From Bacillota bacterium (lineage in GTDB: Bacteria; Bacillota; Limnochordia; DTU080; JAAYLA01), in the NCBI GenBank assembly GCA_012522135.1, contig JAAYLA010000375.1:20309-84308 (forward strand): a stretch of 64,000 bases of DNA. Direction: 5' to 3'. Positions 9,534 to 19,961 of the stretch are shown piece after piece (the first letter of the stretch is position 1; each line of letters opens with the position of its first letter). The notes below the pieces were generated by a model that did not search any database, was not told the DNA's origin, and worked only from the letters and a program-made list of their open reading frames with translations. The translations under genes were made by a program, and so were the position numbers.

Positions 9534-12500
9534 CTATTCGGACGAATCCCGATGCTTGCCGTCCGGCAAGGCGAGTATCTGACTTATTTCTCGCAAGTGG
9601 ACAAGGTAAACGCTGCCTACGGGAAGTCCCGTGATGCGTTCCGCGGCCTCGCTGTACAGTTTAAGCTGCGGCTCGTAGCGGGATATCAGCCACTGCGCGT
9701 CGCGGCGGCGATCGGTCTTGTAATCGACTAGGTACAGACTATCGTCCTCGAGCCACAACGCGTCGACTGTTCCCTGCACGACGACACGGTCTTCGGCACC
9801 GAAGGGCGCGGCCTGACCCGGAGACAGGATGTGCCACAGCCGCTCCAGCTCGACGGCTAAGGTGAAAGCCCACTCACGCCAAAGGCGCCCGTCGCGAGCG
9901 GCGCGGCGGATCCTGCTTCCCAAGTCGGTCTCGAGAAAATGCATGATTGCTTCTAAGTCTAGAGCGTCGCGCTGCGCCCTGGTGAGGAGCCTCCGGGCCA
10001 CCAGTGCACCCGCTGCCGCTTTGAGGGCGTCAACCGTCCAAGGCCGCCCGAGATCCAGATGGTAGAGGAACGTGTGCATAGCCGTACCGTGTTCCGCGCC
10101 GCCCGGTTCCTTTTCTCCTTCGACAAAGCGTGGCCTTCGCAGGGCCGGCAGAAACGGCTCCGCATCGGGTTCCGCCGGCAGTGCGGCGCCGTCACCTTCA
10201 TCGTGAAGCTCGCGGGCCAGGAGCGTGACGCTCACCTTGGCCGGAGCTCTCGTGCTGGCGCGGAACGGGTACGCTCGCCCGAGGGCTGCCTCCAACGCCT
10301 GCGCGATGCCGGAGTCAATGGTGCGGCCCAAGGGCTCGCCGGCGGCGAGCCGGTGCCAGTCGACGCCCCGGGTCTCCGCGGCCCCCCGGGCCTCGCCCGC
10401 CAGGCCGCCCGTCTGCTCGACGGTCCAAAGCCGTACCGCCCACCGAGACGGATCCGTGAAGGGGTTCGGGTCCTTGACGTGCACGGGGACCCCACTTTCC
10501 TTCTCGGCCGCTTTGCGCAGCGGTTCACCGTCGCGGTGGCGCATGACCGCGGGACCGATCCAATCGAGAAACGTGTTCGCCCGGGCCAGCAGCGCATCGG
10601 GCAAGGCCCAGCCGTCCACTTCGGCGGCCTGGCTCCACCCCGCCGCCGTCGCCCATATGTCGGCCGTCGAACCTACCAGTACGAGCTTCTCCTGGGCCCG
10701 GGTCAGGGCCACGTACAGCACGCGCAGCTCCTCGGCCACGGCAGCCCGGCGCCGTGCCTCGGCTACCGCCTGGTGCGCCACGGTCGGGGCACGCAGTCCG
10801 AGTTCGGGATCCGCCCACTGCGGGGCAATGCCGAGATGCCCGTCGTAAAGCACGGTACCGACGCGGTCCGAAATGTTGAATCTCTTTCCCAAGTCGGCGA
10901 CGATGACGACGGGAAACTGGAGACCTTTGCTCTTATGGATGCTCATGATGCGCACCACGTCGTCGCCTTCGCCGAGGACCGGCGCCTCGCCCAGATCGCC
11001 CTCCTCGGCTTGCAAGGACTCGACGAAGCGCAGAAACCGGGTAAGGCCTCCCTGCGTAAAGCCGTCGAAGCGCGCCGCCCGCTCGTGCAGGGCGTGCAAA
11101 TTCACCAATCGCTGCGCCCCGCCGGGCAGGCCCTGAACGTATTCGGGATAGCCGGTCTCGCTGTAAAGACGCTGCAGCAGGTCGCCGAGCGGCGAGATGC
11201 GGGCCGCCGTCCGCCATGACTCCAGCCGTGCGCAAAACTCCCGCAGCTTGCGTCCGAGATCATCGTCCAGCGTCTCGGCACCGTGACAAACGGCAGCGAA
11301 AAGATCGCCCCGCGGGTGCAGCGCCCGCAGACGTGCCAGCTCGGCCGTAGACAGATCCACCCACGGCGCGCGGAGCACGGCCGCAAGAGGAATGTCTTGC
11401 CGGGGATTGTCGATAATGCGGAGTACGGAAAGCATTGTTTCGATCTCGACGGCACGGAAAAAACCGGTGCCAAGCTCGGCATAGGCCGGAATCTCCCTGG
11501 CCCGCAAGGCCTCGACGAACAGATTGGCCCGGTCTTTCGTCGAGCGCAGCAAGACCACGATGTCCCGGGGGCGTACGGGACGCATCCTCCCCTCTGTCCG
11601 GTCGTAGACCAATTCTCCCCGGTCGAGCATCTCGCGGATCAACCGGGCGACCAAGGCTGCCTCCCGCTCCAGGGCCGTGAGTAGCTCGGCCGAGAACTCG
11701 TCCTCACGCTGCTCGTCGACCGCGCCGCCGTCCTCCGATCGCTCGTGCTCGGGTGACTCCCCTTCCGCGGCGGGCAGGCGCGTCGGATCCCTTTCCACGA
11801 GGTGCAACTCGATGCCCGTCTCCTCCGCCGGCGGGTATGCGGCATGGGCGACGAGTTCAGCCCGTTCGTCGTATGCCAGTTCGCCCACGCCGGGCGTGAG
11901 GATTTGCCGGAAGAGGAAGTTCACGCCATCGACGATCTGCCGCCGGCTGCGGAAGTTGGCCCGCAAATCGATGACGACGCCCGGCCGCTCGGCCGGTGAA
12001 CAGGCCGCGTCCTGGCGGACGGCCTCGGCGAACGGTTGGAAGCGCTCGAGATGGCCCAGGAACAGGGTCGGATCGGCCAACCGGAACCGGTAGATGCTTT
12101 GCTTGACGTCGCCCACCATGAACAGATTCGGCTCGTCGGCATCCGCAGGACGCGACACGCGCTTCAAGATTGCGTTTTGCAGCGGATTGATGTCTTGGTA
12201 CTCGTCGACCAGGACCTCGACGAAATGCGCCCTAAGTTCTTCGGCCGGTGAGACCGCCTCCGTCTCCGTCTCCTCTGCGGGCGTCTGCAGCACTCGGTAT
12301 GCCAACCGCTCCAGATCGCTAAAGTCGACCACACCACGGGACCGCTTCGCCTGCCAGTAGAGACGGCCGAATTCTTGCACGAGCCGGATGAGCTCGGTGA
12401 CGTGGGGCCCGCTCTGCCGCAACAGCTCAAGCTCTACGTCGGGCGGGTGGCGGAAAAAGCGCTTGGCCGTATCGCCCAGCTTCTTCTTCGCCTTGTTGCG

Positions 12501-13457
12501 GGCGTCTTGAATGCGGGCTTTGTTCACGTCATCTCGGTAACCCGAGAACCGCAACACTTTGAACGATGGCGGGGGATTGAACAGCGCGTGCAACTCGGTC
12601 CACGAGGCGGTGCGTGCCTTCAGCGCCATATCGGCCACGAAGGCCGCTTCCTCACGCAGCTGCGCCCGGGCTGCCGCTGGCGCGCCGAGGCCTTCGGCCA
12701 ATCTACAGGCCCGCTGCAGGTACGCGGCGGCCGTCGCGACTTCGTTGGCTACGGCCGCTGCGACGGTCTCCGCCCACGGCAAGTCGTCCACGGTGGCCGT
12801 GCCGTCCAGCCGGTACATGGATTCGGCGGCGGCAAACCAGCCGTCCGGGTCCGGCAGGCTGACCGCATAGTCGTACAATGCGAGAAGGAGGGTTCTCAAG
12901 CCGGCATCGCCGCGGGCGTCGCGGCAGGCATCCACGAGGGCGTAGAACGCGCCGCCAGGCGCGGCCTCGTCGTACTGCTGCTCGAGCAAGCGGTCGACCG
13001 TCTCGTACTTCAGCAGGGTGGCCTCCTCGCCGTCGAGCACTCGGAAGAGGGGGTCAACGTCGAGCAAGTAAAAGTAGCGGCGCACCAGCCAAAGGCAAAA
13101 GCCGTGCAAGGTTTGGATATGAGCCCGGTCGATCAAAGAGACTTGCCGCCTCAGCCTTTGCCGTTCTTCCGCGGGACGCGTTGGATCCTCCGCCGCTTCG
13201 GCCAAAGCCCTGGCGATCCGCTGCCGCATCTCGGCCGCGGCGGCGTCGGTGAAGGTGACGACCAGCAGCCGGTCGACGTCGCACGGATTCTCCGGGTCGA
13301 GAATGCGCCGGATGATCCGCTCCACGAGTACGGCCGTTTTCCCCGCTCCGGCCGCGGCAGCTACGAGAATGTGGGAGCCTCTCGTATGAATCGCGTGCCA
13401 CTGCTCTTGCGTCCAAGACCCGGTGGGCCTCCGGTGATCGATGCGCAAACCCAACAC
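9534..13457 (-). CDS. addA: ATP-dependent helicase/nuclease subunit A (UvrD-like helicase + RecB-type nuclease)
   Basis: 1307 aa; Walker A AAAGAGKT, UvrD/Rep helicase motifs and a C-terminal PD-(D/E)XK-type region; it sits directly downstream of addB. Confidence 0.9.
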   Translation of the reverse strand: MLGLRIDHRRPTGSWTQEQWHAIHTRGSHILVAAAAGAGKTAVLVERIIRRILDPENPCDVDRLLVVTFTDAAAAEMRQRIARALAEAAEDPTRPAEERQRLRRQVSLIDRAHIQTLHGFCLWLVRRYFYLLDVDPLFRVLDGEEATLLKYETVDRLLEQQYDEAAPGGAFYALVDACRDARGDAGLRTLLLALYDYAVSLPDPDGWFAAAESMYRLDGTATVDDLPWAETVAAAVANEVATAAAYLQRACRLAEGLGAPAAARAQLREEAAFVADMALKARTASWTELHALFNPPPSFKVLRFSGYRDDVNKARIQDARNKAKKKLGDTAKRFFRHPPDVELELLRQSGPHVTELIRLVQEFGRLYWQAKRSRGVVDFSDLERLAYRVLQTPAEETETEAVSPAEELRAHFVEVLVDEYQDINPLQNAILKRVSRPADADEPNLFMVGDVKQSIYRFRLADPTLFLGHLERFQPFAEAVRQDAACSPAERPGVVIDLRANFRSRRQIVDGVNFLFRQILTPGVGELAYDERAELVAHAAYPPAEETGIELHLVERDPTRLPAAEGESPEHERSEDGGAVDEQREDEFSAELLTALEREAALVARLIREMLDRGELVYDRTEGRMRPVRPRDIVVLLRSTKDRANLFVEALRAREIPAYAELGTGFFRAVEIETMLSVLRIIDNPRQDIPLAAVLRAPWVDLSTAELARLRALHPRGDLFAAVCHGAETLDDDLGRKLREFCARLESWRTAARISPLGDLLQRLYSETGYPEYVQGLPGGAQRLVNLHALHERAARFDGFTQGGLTRFLRFVESLQAEEGDLGEAPVLGEGDDVVRIMSIHKSKGLQFPVVIVADLGKRFNISDRVGTVLYDGHLGIAPQWADPELGLRAPTVAHQAVAEARRRAAVAEELRVLYVALTRAQEKLVLVGSTADIWATAAGWSQAAEVDGWALPDALLARANTFLDWIGPAVMRHRDGEPLRKAAEKESGVPVHVKDPNPFTDPSRWAVRLWTVEQTGGLAGEARGAAETRGVDWHRLAAGEPLGRTIDSGIAQALEAALGRAYPFRASTRAPAKVSVTLLARELHDEGDGAALPAEPDAEPFLPALRRPRFVEGEKEPGGAEHGTAMHTFLYHLDLGRPWTVDALKAAAGALVARRLLTRAQRDALDLEAIMHFLETDLGSRIRRAARDGRLWREWAFTLAVELERLWHILSPGQAAPFGAEDRVVVQGTVDALWLEDDSLYLVDYKTDRRRDAQWLISRYEPQLKLYSEAAERITGLPVGSVYLVHLREISQILALPDGKHRDSSE

Positions 13458-13497
13458 TGCACCCTCCGTCAGATTCCTGTCTTAACGCTCCGGCCCG

Positions 13498-16400
13498 TCA
13501 AGAAGCCGGGACAGCGGTCGCGTCTCCCCGCAGCCGGCTCCAAACCTCCTTGTCGTCGAGGGGGTCGATGTAACGGTACTCGTTGCCTTCCACGAGCACG
13601 TCAAAACGGCATACGGCGTGGTACGGACAACGGTTACAGGCGCGGGTGTTGTCTTTCCGGCGGAAGGGGCGGACGTCGTGTTCCCCCCGTAGGATCCGCC
13701 CGGCAAGCTCGCTCGCGCAGTCCCGCACATAGTCGATCAAGAGCTCGAGATATGCCCCGGACACCACGCTGGAGCGCGCGCGGAAACTGCCGTCTTTGTT
13801 CAGGCCGAACGGGAACAGACTCGACGTACTGCTCGGCACTACGGACCGGTCCATGGCCAAGGCGACTTCTCCCTCGCCGTCGGAGCTGAGGATACCCCGG
13901 GCCTTCAACTTCGTCTTACGGAGCGCCCATGCCGCATCGGGGTCGAAATCGGAGTCGACCGGCACGAAAGGATCCCGCACGGGCTGGTAGAACGCACCGG
14001 CCGGCGCAGCACCGAGATGGTCGGCCGCTACACCGAGGTAGACGATGAGCTGTAACTCGAGGCCGGCGAGTACATCGGCCAACGCGACCCCGCGTTCGTA
14101 ACCCTTGTAGTCGACGACCCGCACGTAAGTGGTGCCGTCGTGCCGCCACGTGTCGAGCCGGTCGATTACGCCCACCAGCTGCACGGCCCCGCCTCCGGCG
14201 ATGGGCAGCTGCCAGCCGGCCACCTCGTCGCGGGGACGGCCGAAGGCGAGCTCCGTGGCGACCGGCCGAAAATCGCCTGCGCGCATCTGCTCGTTTAAGA
14301 GACGCACGGCCGTTCGCACGGTGCGGCGCGCCAGGTCAACGAGGTAGCGCTGGCGTCCCGACGAGAGCAGCACCTCGCCGACGAGCTCCCGGGCTGCCGC
14401 TTCGGTCAGCCGGTCCACGACCGCATAAGCCTCTTCGTCCCGTATCGTCTCCCAGTCCAAACCGTGCTCCCGCACCCAATCGACGTACGCCTTCAGCACG
14501 GCGTGCGTCAAGGTGCCGATGCGCGCTGGATCGAGCCGCAGCACGGCCCGCTCCTCAAGTCGCAGCCCGTAGCGGGCGAAATGCTGAAAAGGACAGGCGG
14601 CGAACCGTTCCAGCCGCGAGACACTGGTTACAAGGGGTTCACCGTATAGGGCCGCGGCAAGCTCCGGGAGCAACGGAGCCACTGCATTCGAGTAAACCAG
14701 CGAACGCAACGTCGGGCGGACGAGCGGAGCGTAGTCCGGATGGGTGACGAGCCACTCGTACGCATCCAGCACCGTGGGGTTGTCCGGGTCGAGGCGGAGC
14801 CCGGTGACGACAAAGGCCGCCGCTTGCTGCGGCGTCACGATGCGCGCCAGATCGAAGCCGCCGAAGCGGCGAGCCCTGCCTTCCCTCGCGCGCGGCAAAA
14901 GCCTTTTCGCCCGTGCCAAGAACGCGGAAGGCAGAAGGGCTCTCCCCTGCCCGTCCGATAGCGGTGCGCTCAAATATAGCCGCTCGGAAGCCCTGGTCAA
15001 GGCGATGTAGCCGTAGAACTGCTCTACGTCCATGCGACTACGGCTTGTATCGCCCAAGGTGAGGCCGGAGGCGGCGAGCAGCTCCCGCTCCTCGTCCGTC
15101 AGCAACGCATCTTCTTGGGGCACCGCCGGGAACTCCCGGTCGACCAGGCCCAAGACAAAAACGGCGCGCACGTCCGGCTGGCGCGAGCGGTCGACGGCGC
15201 CGACCAATACCTGGTCGAGCTTCGGCGGAATCAGACCGAGACGCAGGTTCCGGAACGCTTCGTCGAGCATCGCAGTGAGTTCGGCCAGATCAATGGGATC
15301 TTCCGGCAGGACCCCGGCCATCTCATCGAGTAGGCCCACCGTCGCGCTCCAAACCTGAGCGTGGAGCAAGGCGAGTTCCGGGTCGTTCCGTCCGCGCGCC
15401 TCTTCGATCCATCCCGCCATGCGCCGCTCCGCTTCGGTCTCGACTAAGAAGTTCCATAACGCCTCTGCTGCCTCGCGGGGGGTAAAGCGCTTGCCACGGC
15501 CGATACGTTCACTGAGCTGTTGGAGGGGCCTGACCGCAAGGCGCCTGTCTTCATCAATTGTCCACTCGTCTCCGTCCATCGGCGCGGAGGCGGCATCGTC
15601 GTCCTCGTCCCTCCACAGTTTGCGTCCGAAGGACCAAGGCCGCTCATCGACCCAGGCTCGCCCGGTGACGCCGTGCTCCAGGACGTAGTTTTCCAGCAAG
15701 TCGACGCGGGCACGGGGGAGCGGCGTGAAATCCGTCTTTAGGAACCGCATGATCGGCTCCGACTGCCAGCCGGTGCTCACGGCTTCCAACGCGGCCGTTA
15801 GCGCATGCACGAGCGGGTGGAAAAGCATGTCCCGTCTGCTGTCGATGAAATACGGAATGCCCATCCGGGTGAAGACGGCGGCGATGTGCGCGGCGTACGT
15901 GTCGAGGGATCGGACGATGACCGAAATTTCCTGGTAGCGATACCCTTCCAAGCGCACAAGCCGCTGGATCTCGGTGGCCACCGACTCCACTTCGGCCGTG
16001 CGGTCATCGGCCCGTTCGATCCGCACGCATTCGGCCGCTTCCCGATACGGCGGTGCCGAGGCGTCCTCCCAGTTCTGCTCCAGATGCAGTAAGGCGGGAT
16101 GCCGAAAGCGCGATGGCCTCTCCGCCCCGTGTCGCAGCACCACGGGCTCTTCCACCGGCACCCCACTCTGCTTCGCGATGGCCAAAAGCTCGCGGGCCGT
16201 CTCGAGCGGCAGGCGAAAAAGGGACCGCTCGACCTCCTCTTCCGGAGCGGACTGCAGGCGCAGAAACTCATCCGGATCGAGGCACAAGGAAACGTGCGTG
16301 CGTTTGGCCACCTGGATCAGGGCGTAGAGCAGCCTATACTCCTGCGGAGTGAACCCGGCGAAGCCGTCGATCCAAATCTCCGCCCCGCGAAGCAGCCCGC

Positions 16401-16977
16401 TGCGGAGAAGTGCCTCGGCCGCCTCTCCTAAATCCGAATCGGGGTCGGCGTACTTGTCGGCGATGTGCTCGACGTAGTCACGGTAAAGGAGGCTCAAATC
16501 GTGGAGTTTCTTCCTCAAGAGCGGCGAAGGAGGACCGCCGGCCGCGGTCGCCTGGCGCTCGATGTCGTCCGGAGAGTACCCATGCGCTCGAAATTCGGAA
16601 AAAGTACGGCCGAGCCGTTCGATAAATCCCGCTTCCCGCACGACTTGGTGATACAGCTGCAATGCGCCCCGGCGCCGGTGGACCAAGGCTCGCAGAAGCA
16701 TCGTCCGGCCGACGTCGGTTAGGCGCGGGCGCAACGCGCCGCCGGTTTCCTGGAAGATCAGGTGGGCGAGGCGCTTGAAACTGAGGATGCGGGCCCGGGC
16801 GGAACCTTCCACCCCGACTGCGATGAGCCCCTGTTCCATCTGGAAGGTGGCCTGTTCCGGAACGAGCAAGATGAGCGGGGGTCCGAAGGGCGCTCCACGC
16901 TGGGCATCCCGTACCGCTTCCAGACAATAATGCGTCTTTCCCGTACCCGCCCTTCCCAAGACAAGACGGACGCTCAT
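13498..16977 (-). CDS. addB: ATP-dependent helicase/deoxyribonuclease subunit B (Fe-S nuclease)
   Basis: 1159 aa; N-terminal GRAGTGKT P-loop and a C-terminal CNRCPYHAVC Cys cluster typical of the AddB iron-staple nuclease. Confidence 0.9.
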   Translation of the reverse strand: MSVRLVLGRAGTGKTHYCLEAVRDAQRGAPFGPPLILLVPEQATFQMEQGLIAVGVEGSARARILSFKRLAHLIFQETGGALRPRLTDVGRTMLLRALVHRRRGALQLYHQVVREAGFIERLGRTFSEFRAHGYSPDDIERQATAAGGPPSPLLRKKLHDLSLLYRDYVEHIADKYADPDSDLGEAAEALLRSGLLRGAEIWIDGFAGFTPQEYRLLYALIQVAKRTHVSLCLDPDEFLRLQSAPEEEVERSLFRLPLETARELLAIAKQSGVPVEEPVVLRHGAERPSRFRHPALLHLEQNWEDASAPPYREAAECVRIERADDRTAEVESVATEIQRLVRLEGYRYQEISVIVRSLDTYAAHIAAVFTRMGIPYFIDSRRDMLFHPLVHALTAALEAVSTGWQSEPIMRFLKTDFTPLPRARVDLLENYVLEHGVTGRAWVDERPWSFGRKLWRDEDDDAASAPMDGDEWTIDEDRRLAVRPLQQLSERIGRGKRFTPREAAEALWNFLVETEAERRMAGWIEEARGRNDPELALLHAQVWSATVGLLDEMAGVLPEDPIDLAELTAMLDEAFRNLRLGLIPPKLDQVLVGAVDRSRQPDVRAVFVLGLVDREFPAVPQEDALLTDEERELLAASGLTLGDTSRSRMDVEQFYGYIALTRASERLYLSAPLSDGQGRALLPSAFLARAKRLLPRAREGRARRFGGFDLARIVTPQQAAAFVVTGLRLDPDNPTVLDAYEWLVTHPDYAPLVRPTLRSLVYSNAVAPLLPELAAALYGEPLVTSVSRLERFAACPFQHFARYGLRLEERAVLRLDPARIGTLTHAVLKAYVDWVREHGLDWETIRDEEAYAVVDRLTEAAARELVGEVLLSSGRQRYLVDLARRTVRTAVRLLNEQMRAGDFRPVATELAFGRPRDEVAGWQLPIAGGGAVQLVGVIDRLDTWRHDGTTYVRVVDYKGYERGVALADVLAGLELQLIVYLGVAADHLGAAPAGAFYQPVRDPFVPVDSDFDPDAAWALRKTKLKARGILSSDGEGEVALAMDRSVVPSSTSSLFPFGLNKDGSFRARSSVVSGAYLELLIDYVRDCASELAGRILRGEHDVRPFRRKDNTRACNRCPYHAVCRFDVLVEGNEYRYIDPLDDKEVWSRLRGDATAVPAS

Positions 16978-17165
16978 CCGATTCGCCCCTTACCTTTGCC
17001 GCGCTCCTCCCTCAAACGCTTGAAAAAGTCCTCGAACATAGGCAGGTCGCCGTATTTCCGGTGCAAAATGGCCTCCTCTCTGCGGTAGCGCATCTGCCGT
17101 CGTACCCATGCGACGCCGCAGCCGACGAGCACCAAGGCGCCGCCCGCCCAAAGCCACTCCCACAT
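16974..17165 (-). CDS. small single-TM protein (hypothetical), translationally coupled to addB
   Basis: MWEWLWAGGALVLVGCGVAWV, then a charged tail RRQMRYRREEAILHRK...GKGKGRIG; its stop overlaps the addB ATG (ATGA); a GGGGTG RBS-like element sits upstream. Confidence 0.4.
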   Translation of the reverse strand: MWEWLWAGGALVLVGCGVAWVRRQMRYRREEAILHRKYGDLPMFEDFFKRLREERGKGKGRIG

Positions 17166-17283
17166 CGAACAGCACACCCCGATCGCCGAGAGACTTATGG
17201 CACGAAGGAGCTCTCGCTTCTCATTTACTCGTGACGAAGACGGAATCCTCTCATACGGGGAAAAGGCCTATAAAGAGGGGACG

Positions 17284-17310
17284 GCACTTAGGGTGGGGGC
17301 CTAAGTGCCG
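17284..17310 (-). terminator. stem-loop GGCACTTAGG-N7-CCTAAGTGCC downstream of the DapA-like/epimerase operon
   Basis: Perfect 10-bp inverted repeat. On the minus strand it is followed by CCCCTCTTTATAGG, a weak U-tract. Confidence 0.4.
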
Positions 17311-17449
17311 CGTGGGGTGAGCTAGACGAACGACCAGGAGTCCGGGGGGGATAATTTTTTCTCACAGGGTCGCTCGCCTGTCTGAGCCTAGTGTAGCAAC
17401 GGGCCGCGAGGCGGTTCGGTGATCTACGTCACATTTGTACAAGATAGCG

Positions 17450-18505
17450 TCACTTCAGCCACTCGTCGAGATGGGCTCTCACGAACTCATCGTCGACGAG
17501 ATGCGGATAGGCGGACGTGACGCGGGTGATCTCCTCGGCTTGGCCGGGTGAGAGCGTCTCGTTCGGGTTGAGGCACCAGATTCCCTCGAGCAGACCTTGC
17601 CGGCGCAGCACCTCGTGGACGCCCGCTATAGAGCCGCGGAACCCACCTTGCGGGTCAAAGATCGCTGCGTTCATGTCGGTTACCTGGGCGGCCAGAGTCA
17701 GCATCTCGTGAGGAATGCCTTCGCCTTTCTCCCTCACGGCCCGGACCTTTTCGAAGATCTCTACGGCGCTGCGCGTCCACACGGCCCAATGGCCTAGAAG
17801 CCCGCCCACGATGGACTTTTCGACCGGTTTGTTCCCTACCATGATGCGGTAGCGAGTCAGCAAGTCGACGACGATGTTGTCGTCGTTGCCCGTATACAGT
17901 GCGATGGCGTCCCGGCGGTCCGACTCACAGACGGCGCGTACCACATCAAAGGTTTGGTAACGGTTAAAAGGCGCAATTTTTATCGCCACGACGGAAGGCA
18001 GGTCGGCCAATGCACGCCAAAACGCGTAGTCGAGGACGCGTCCCCCCACTGACGGCTGGAGGTAGAAGCCAACGACGGGCAACACCTCGCCCACACGCCG
18101 CGTCCTTTCAATGAGTTCGTCGTTGCTCAGATGGCCTAAACCGCCGTTGCTGAGCAGTACCGCATGGTACCCGAGTTCCCTGGCTAGTTCCGCCTCGCGT
18201 ACTGCCTGTTCCGTGGGGCCTACGGCTCCTGCGATCTTGATGAAGGGCTTGTCCAACTGGGCTTCGTCGATGACCTCGGCAGCGATGCGCAAGACCGGTT
18301 CGAGCAGATTCACCTCGGGACGGCGAATCTCGAACTGAGTCGTGTGGACGCCGACCGCGACGCCTCCTGCGCCGGCCGCGATGTAGTAACGGGTCAGGGC
18401 GCGCTGGCGTCGCTCATCCAGTTTCCGTTCCTTCGTCAGTGCCAGCGGATGGGCGGGAATGACGCATCCTTCCCGCAGTACGGACAGCCAATCTTCACTC
18501 CTCAT
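17450..18505 (-). CDS. DapA/DHDPS-like class I aldolase family protein (tentative)
   Basis: 351 aa; the VVAIKIAPFN segment resembles the Schiff-base lysine region (ivgiKe) of the dihydrodipicolinate synthase family. Confidence 0.4.
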   Translation of the reverse strand: MRSEDWLSVLREGCVIPAHPLALTKERKLDERRQRALTRYYIAAGAGGVAVGVHTTQFEIRRPEVNLLEPVLRIAAEVIDEAQLDKPFIKIAGAVGPTEQAVREAELARELGYHAVLLSNGGLGHLSNDELIERTRRVGEVLPVVGFYLQPSVGGRVLDYAFWRALADLPSVVAIKIAPFNRYQTFDVVRAVCESDRRDAIALYTGNDDNIVVDLLTRYRIMVGNKPVEKSIVGGLLGHWAVWTRSAVEIFEKVRAVREKGEGIPHEMLTLAAQVTDMNAAIFDPQGGFRGSIAGVHEVLRRQGLLEGIWCLNPNETLSPGQAEEITRVTSAYPHLVDDEFVRAHLDEWLK

Positions 18506-18508
18506 CGG

Positions 18509-19525
18509 TCAGAACCTTCCCTCCCGCTCCTGAAAGTGCGTCGGTTTGTCGTAGGTGACGCCCCCCGCCGCTACCCAGTCCGCCGTCCACTCAATCATCT
18601 GATCGAGGGTGACTTTCGGATAGCCGAAGATCCTGTTCATCTTGGCTGCATCGCTCAAGAGCGCGGTGGCGCTTTCCTCCCCGCGGAAAACCGGCTCCTT
18701 TCCGAACAGCTCGCCGAATCGCAACGCCAGCTTGCGTATGGAGACGGTCTCGGGTCCCGTCACGTTGAGGATGGTGGGCGGTGTGCTGCAATGGTGCAGG
18801 GAGCGCAGCGCAATCTCGTTGGCGTCGCCCTGCCAAATCACGTTCACATGGCCCATCGTCAGGTCGATCGGGCGGCCTTCCCAAACCGCCTGTGCCACCT
18901 CGTTCAGGACGCCGTAGCGCATGTCGATCGCGTAGTTCAGCCGAAATATAAGGACCGGCGTGCCGTGCAGGTGGGAGAAGTACTCGAAGATGCGTTCCCG
19001 GCCGAGGCAGGACTGGGCATATTCCCCGACCGGGCCGACGGGAGACGATTCAGTCGCCCCTCCCCAGGCCACGGGAGTGAGTGGATAGACGTTACCGGTA
19101 GAAAACGCCACGATGCGCGAGCTGCGGAATTTGGCCGCCACTCTACCCGGCAGATAAGTGTTCATAGCCCAGCTCAAATGCTCCTGGCCTGTGGTGCCGA
19201 ATTTACGTCCGGCAAGATAAATAATGTTGGCCACCTCGGGCAAGGCCGCCAGCTCGTCTTCATCGAGGAGATCTGCGGCGATGGTCTCGATGCCGGCGTC
19301 GTTGAGCTCCCGCACGAGCGCGGCGTCGGAAAAGCGGGAAACACCGATTACCCGTTTCTGCACGCCTGCCGCCTCGACGGCCCGCCGGGCCATCTTCGCC
19401 ATGGTCGGACCCATCTTTCCCCCGACGCCGAGCAACATGATATCGCCGTCCAGCCGGGCCACATCGTCGATGAGCTCCGGCGAAGGTTCCGTCATGATGC
19501 GCTCCAGCTCTTCCACAGTGCGCAT
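18509..19525 (-). CDS. NAD-dependent epimerase/dehydratase family protein
   Basis: N-terminal Rossmann motif LLGVGGKMG; 338 aa; a YxxxK-type SDR extended fold is likely. Confidence 0.6.
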   Translation of the reverse strand: MRTVEELERIMTEPSPELIDDVARLDGDIMLLGVGGKMGPTMAKMARRAVEAAGVQKRVIGVSRFSDAALVRELNDAGIETIAADLLDEDELAALPEVANIIYLAGRKFGTTGQEHLSWAMNTYLPGRVAAKFRSSRIVAFSTGNVYPLTPVAWGGATESSPVGPVGEYAQSCLGRERIFEYFSHLHGTPVLIFRLNYAIDMRYGVLNEVAQAVWEGRPIDLTMGHVNVIWQGDANEIALRSLHHCSTPPTILNVTGPETVSIRKLALRFGELFGKEPVFRGEESATALLSDAAKMNRIFGYPKVTLDQMIEWTADWVAAGGVTYDKPTHFQEREGRF

Positions 19526-19638
19526 GGCGTTCGCTCCTATCCCCTATGATGTCCGGCGCAGGCGGCGGGAACGCCTTGCGCCACCTCCTTACGTTCTGGC
19601 CGGACGCGGGAAACTCCTCCGCTGCCGCGAAAGGGAAT

Positions 19639-19824
19639 CTAGTTCAACAGCGCGGAATCGGTAGGAGGGCTGCTGGCGATCGGCAAGATCCCGACGGCCC
19701 AAGGCGCGGGCCGGACGACGGGCTGATCGGTAATATCGGCGGCACAGTGGGGACAGATCCAAAGCCCCTCGGCGCTGAGGCTGTAACTGACTTTGCAGCA
19801 CTCGCGGCAATACTTTTTCACCAT
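19639..19824 (-). CDS. small zinc-ribbon protein (CxxC...CxxC)
   Basis: MVKKYCRECCKVSYSLSAEGLWICPHCAADI; a GGGAGGTG RBS sits 6 nt upstream of the ATG. The ORF-track start at 19854 is probably an extension. Confidence 0.5.
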   Translation of the reverse strand: MVKKYCRECCKVSYSLSAEGLWICPHCAADITDQPVVRPAPWAVGILPIASSPPTDSALLN

Positions 19825-19961
19825 GGTGGGCACCTCCCGGCTCTTTCTATTCATACGCCGGTTGCAGCCCCCGGGTGACGTGACGGGAGCCGACGGGCGG
19901 TGAGAGGAGATTCCGACGCAGCGTGGAATATGACGCGGACGGAGAAAGGAGGGACAGGCAA

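Noticed and set aside
10059-13889. Long plus-strand ORFs (10059..11219, 12375..13889 and others) inside addA/addB
   Set aside because: Antisense shadow ORFs of the 1307-aa and 1159-aa helicase-nuclease genes. No motifs, Arg/Gly/Pro-rich composition.
18344-19549. 401-aa plus-strand ORF
   Set aside because: Antisense to the epimerase gene, which has a clear Rossmann motif on the minus strand.
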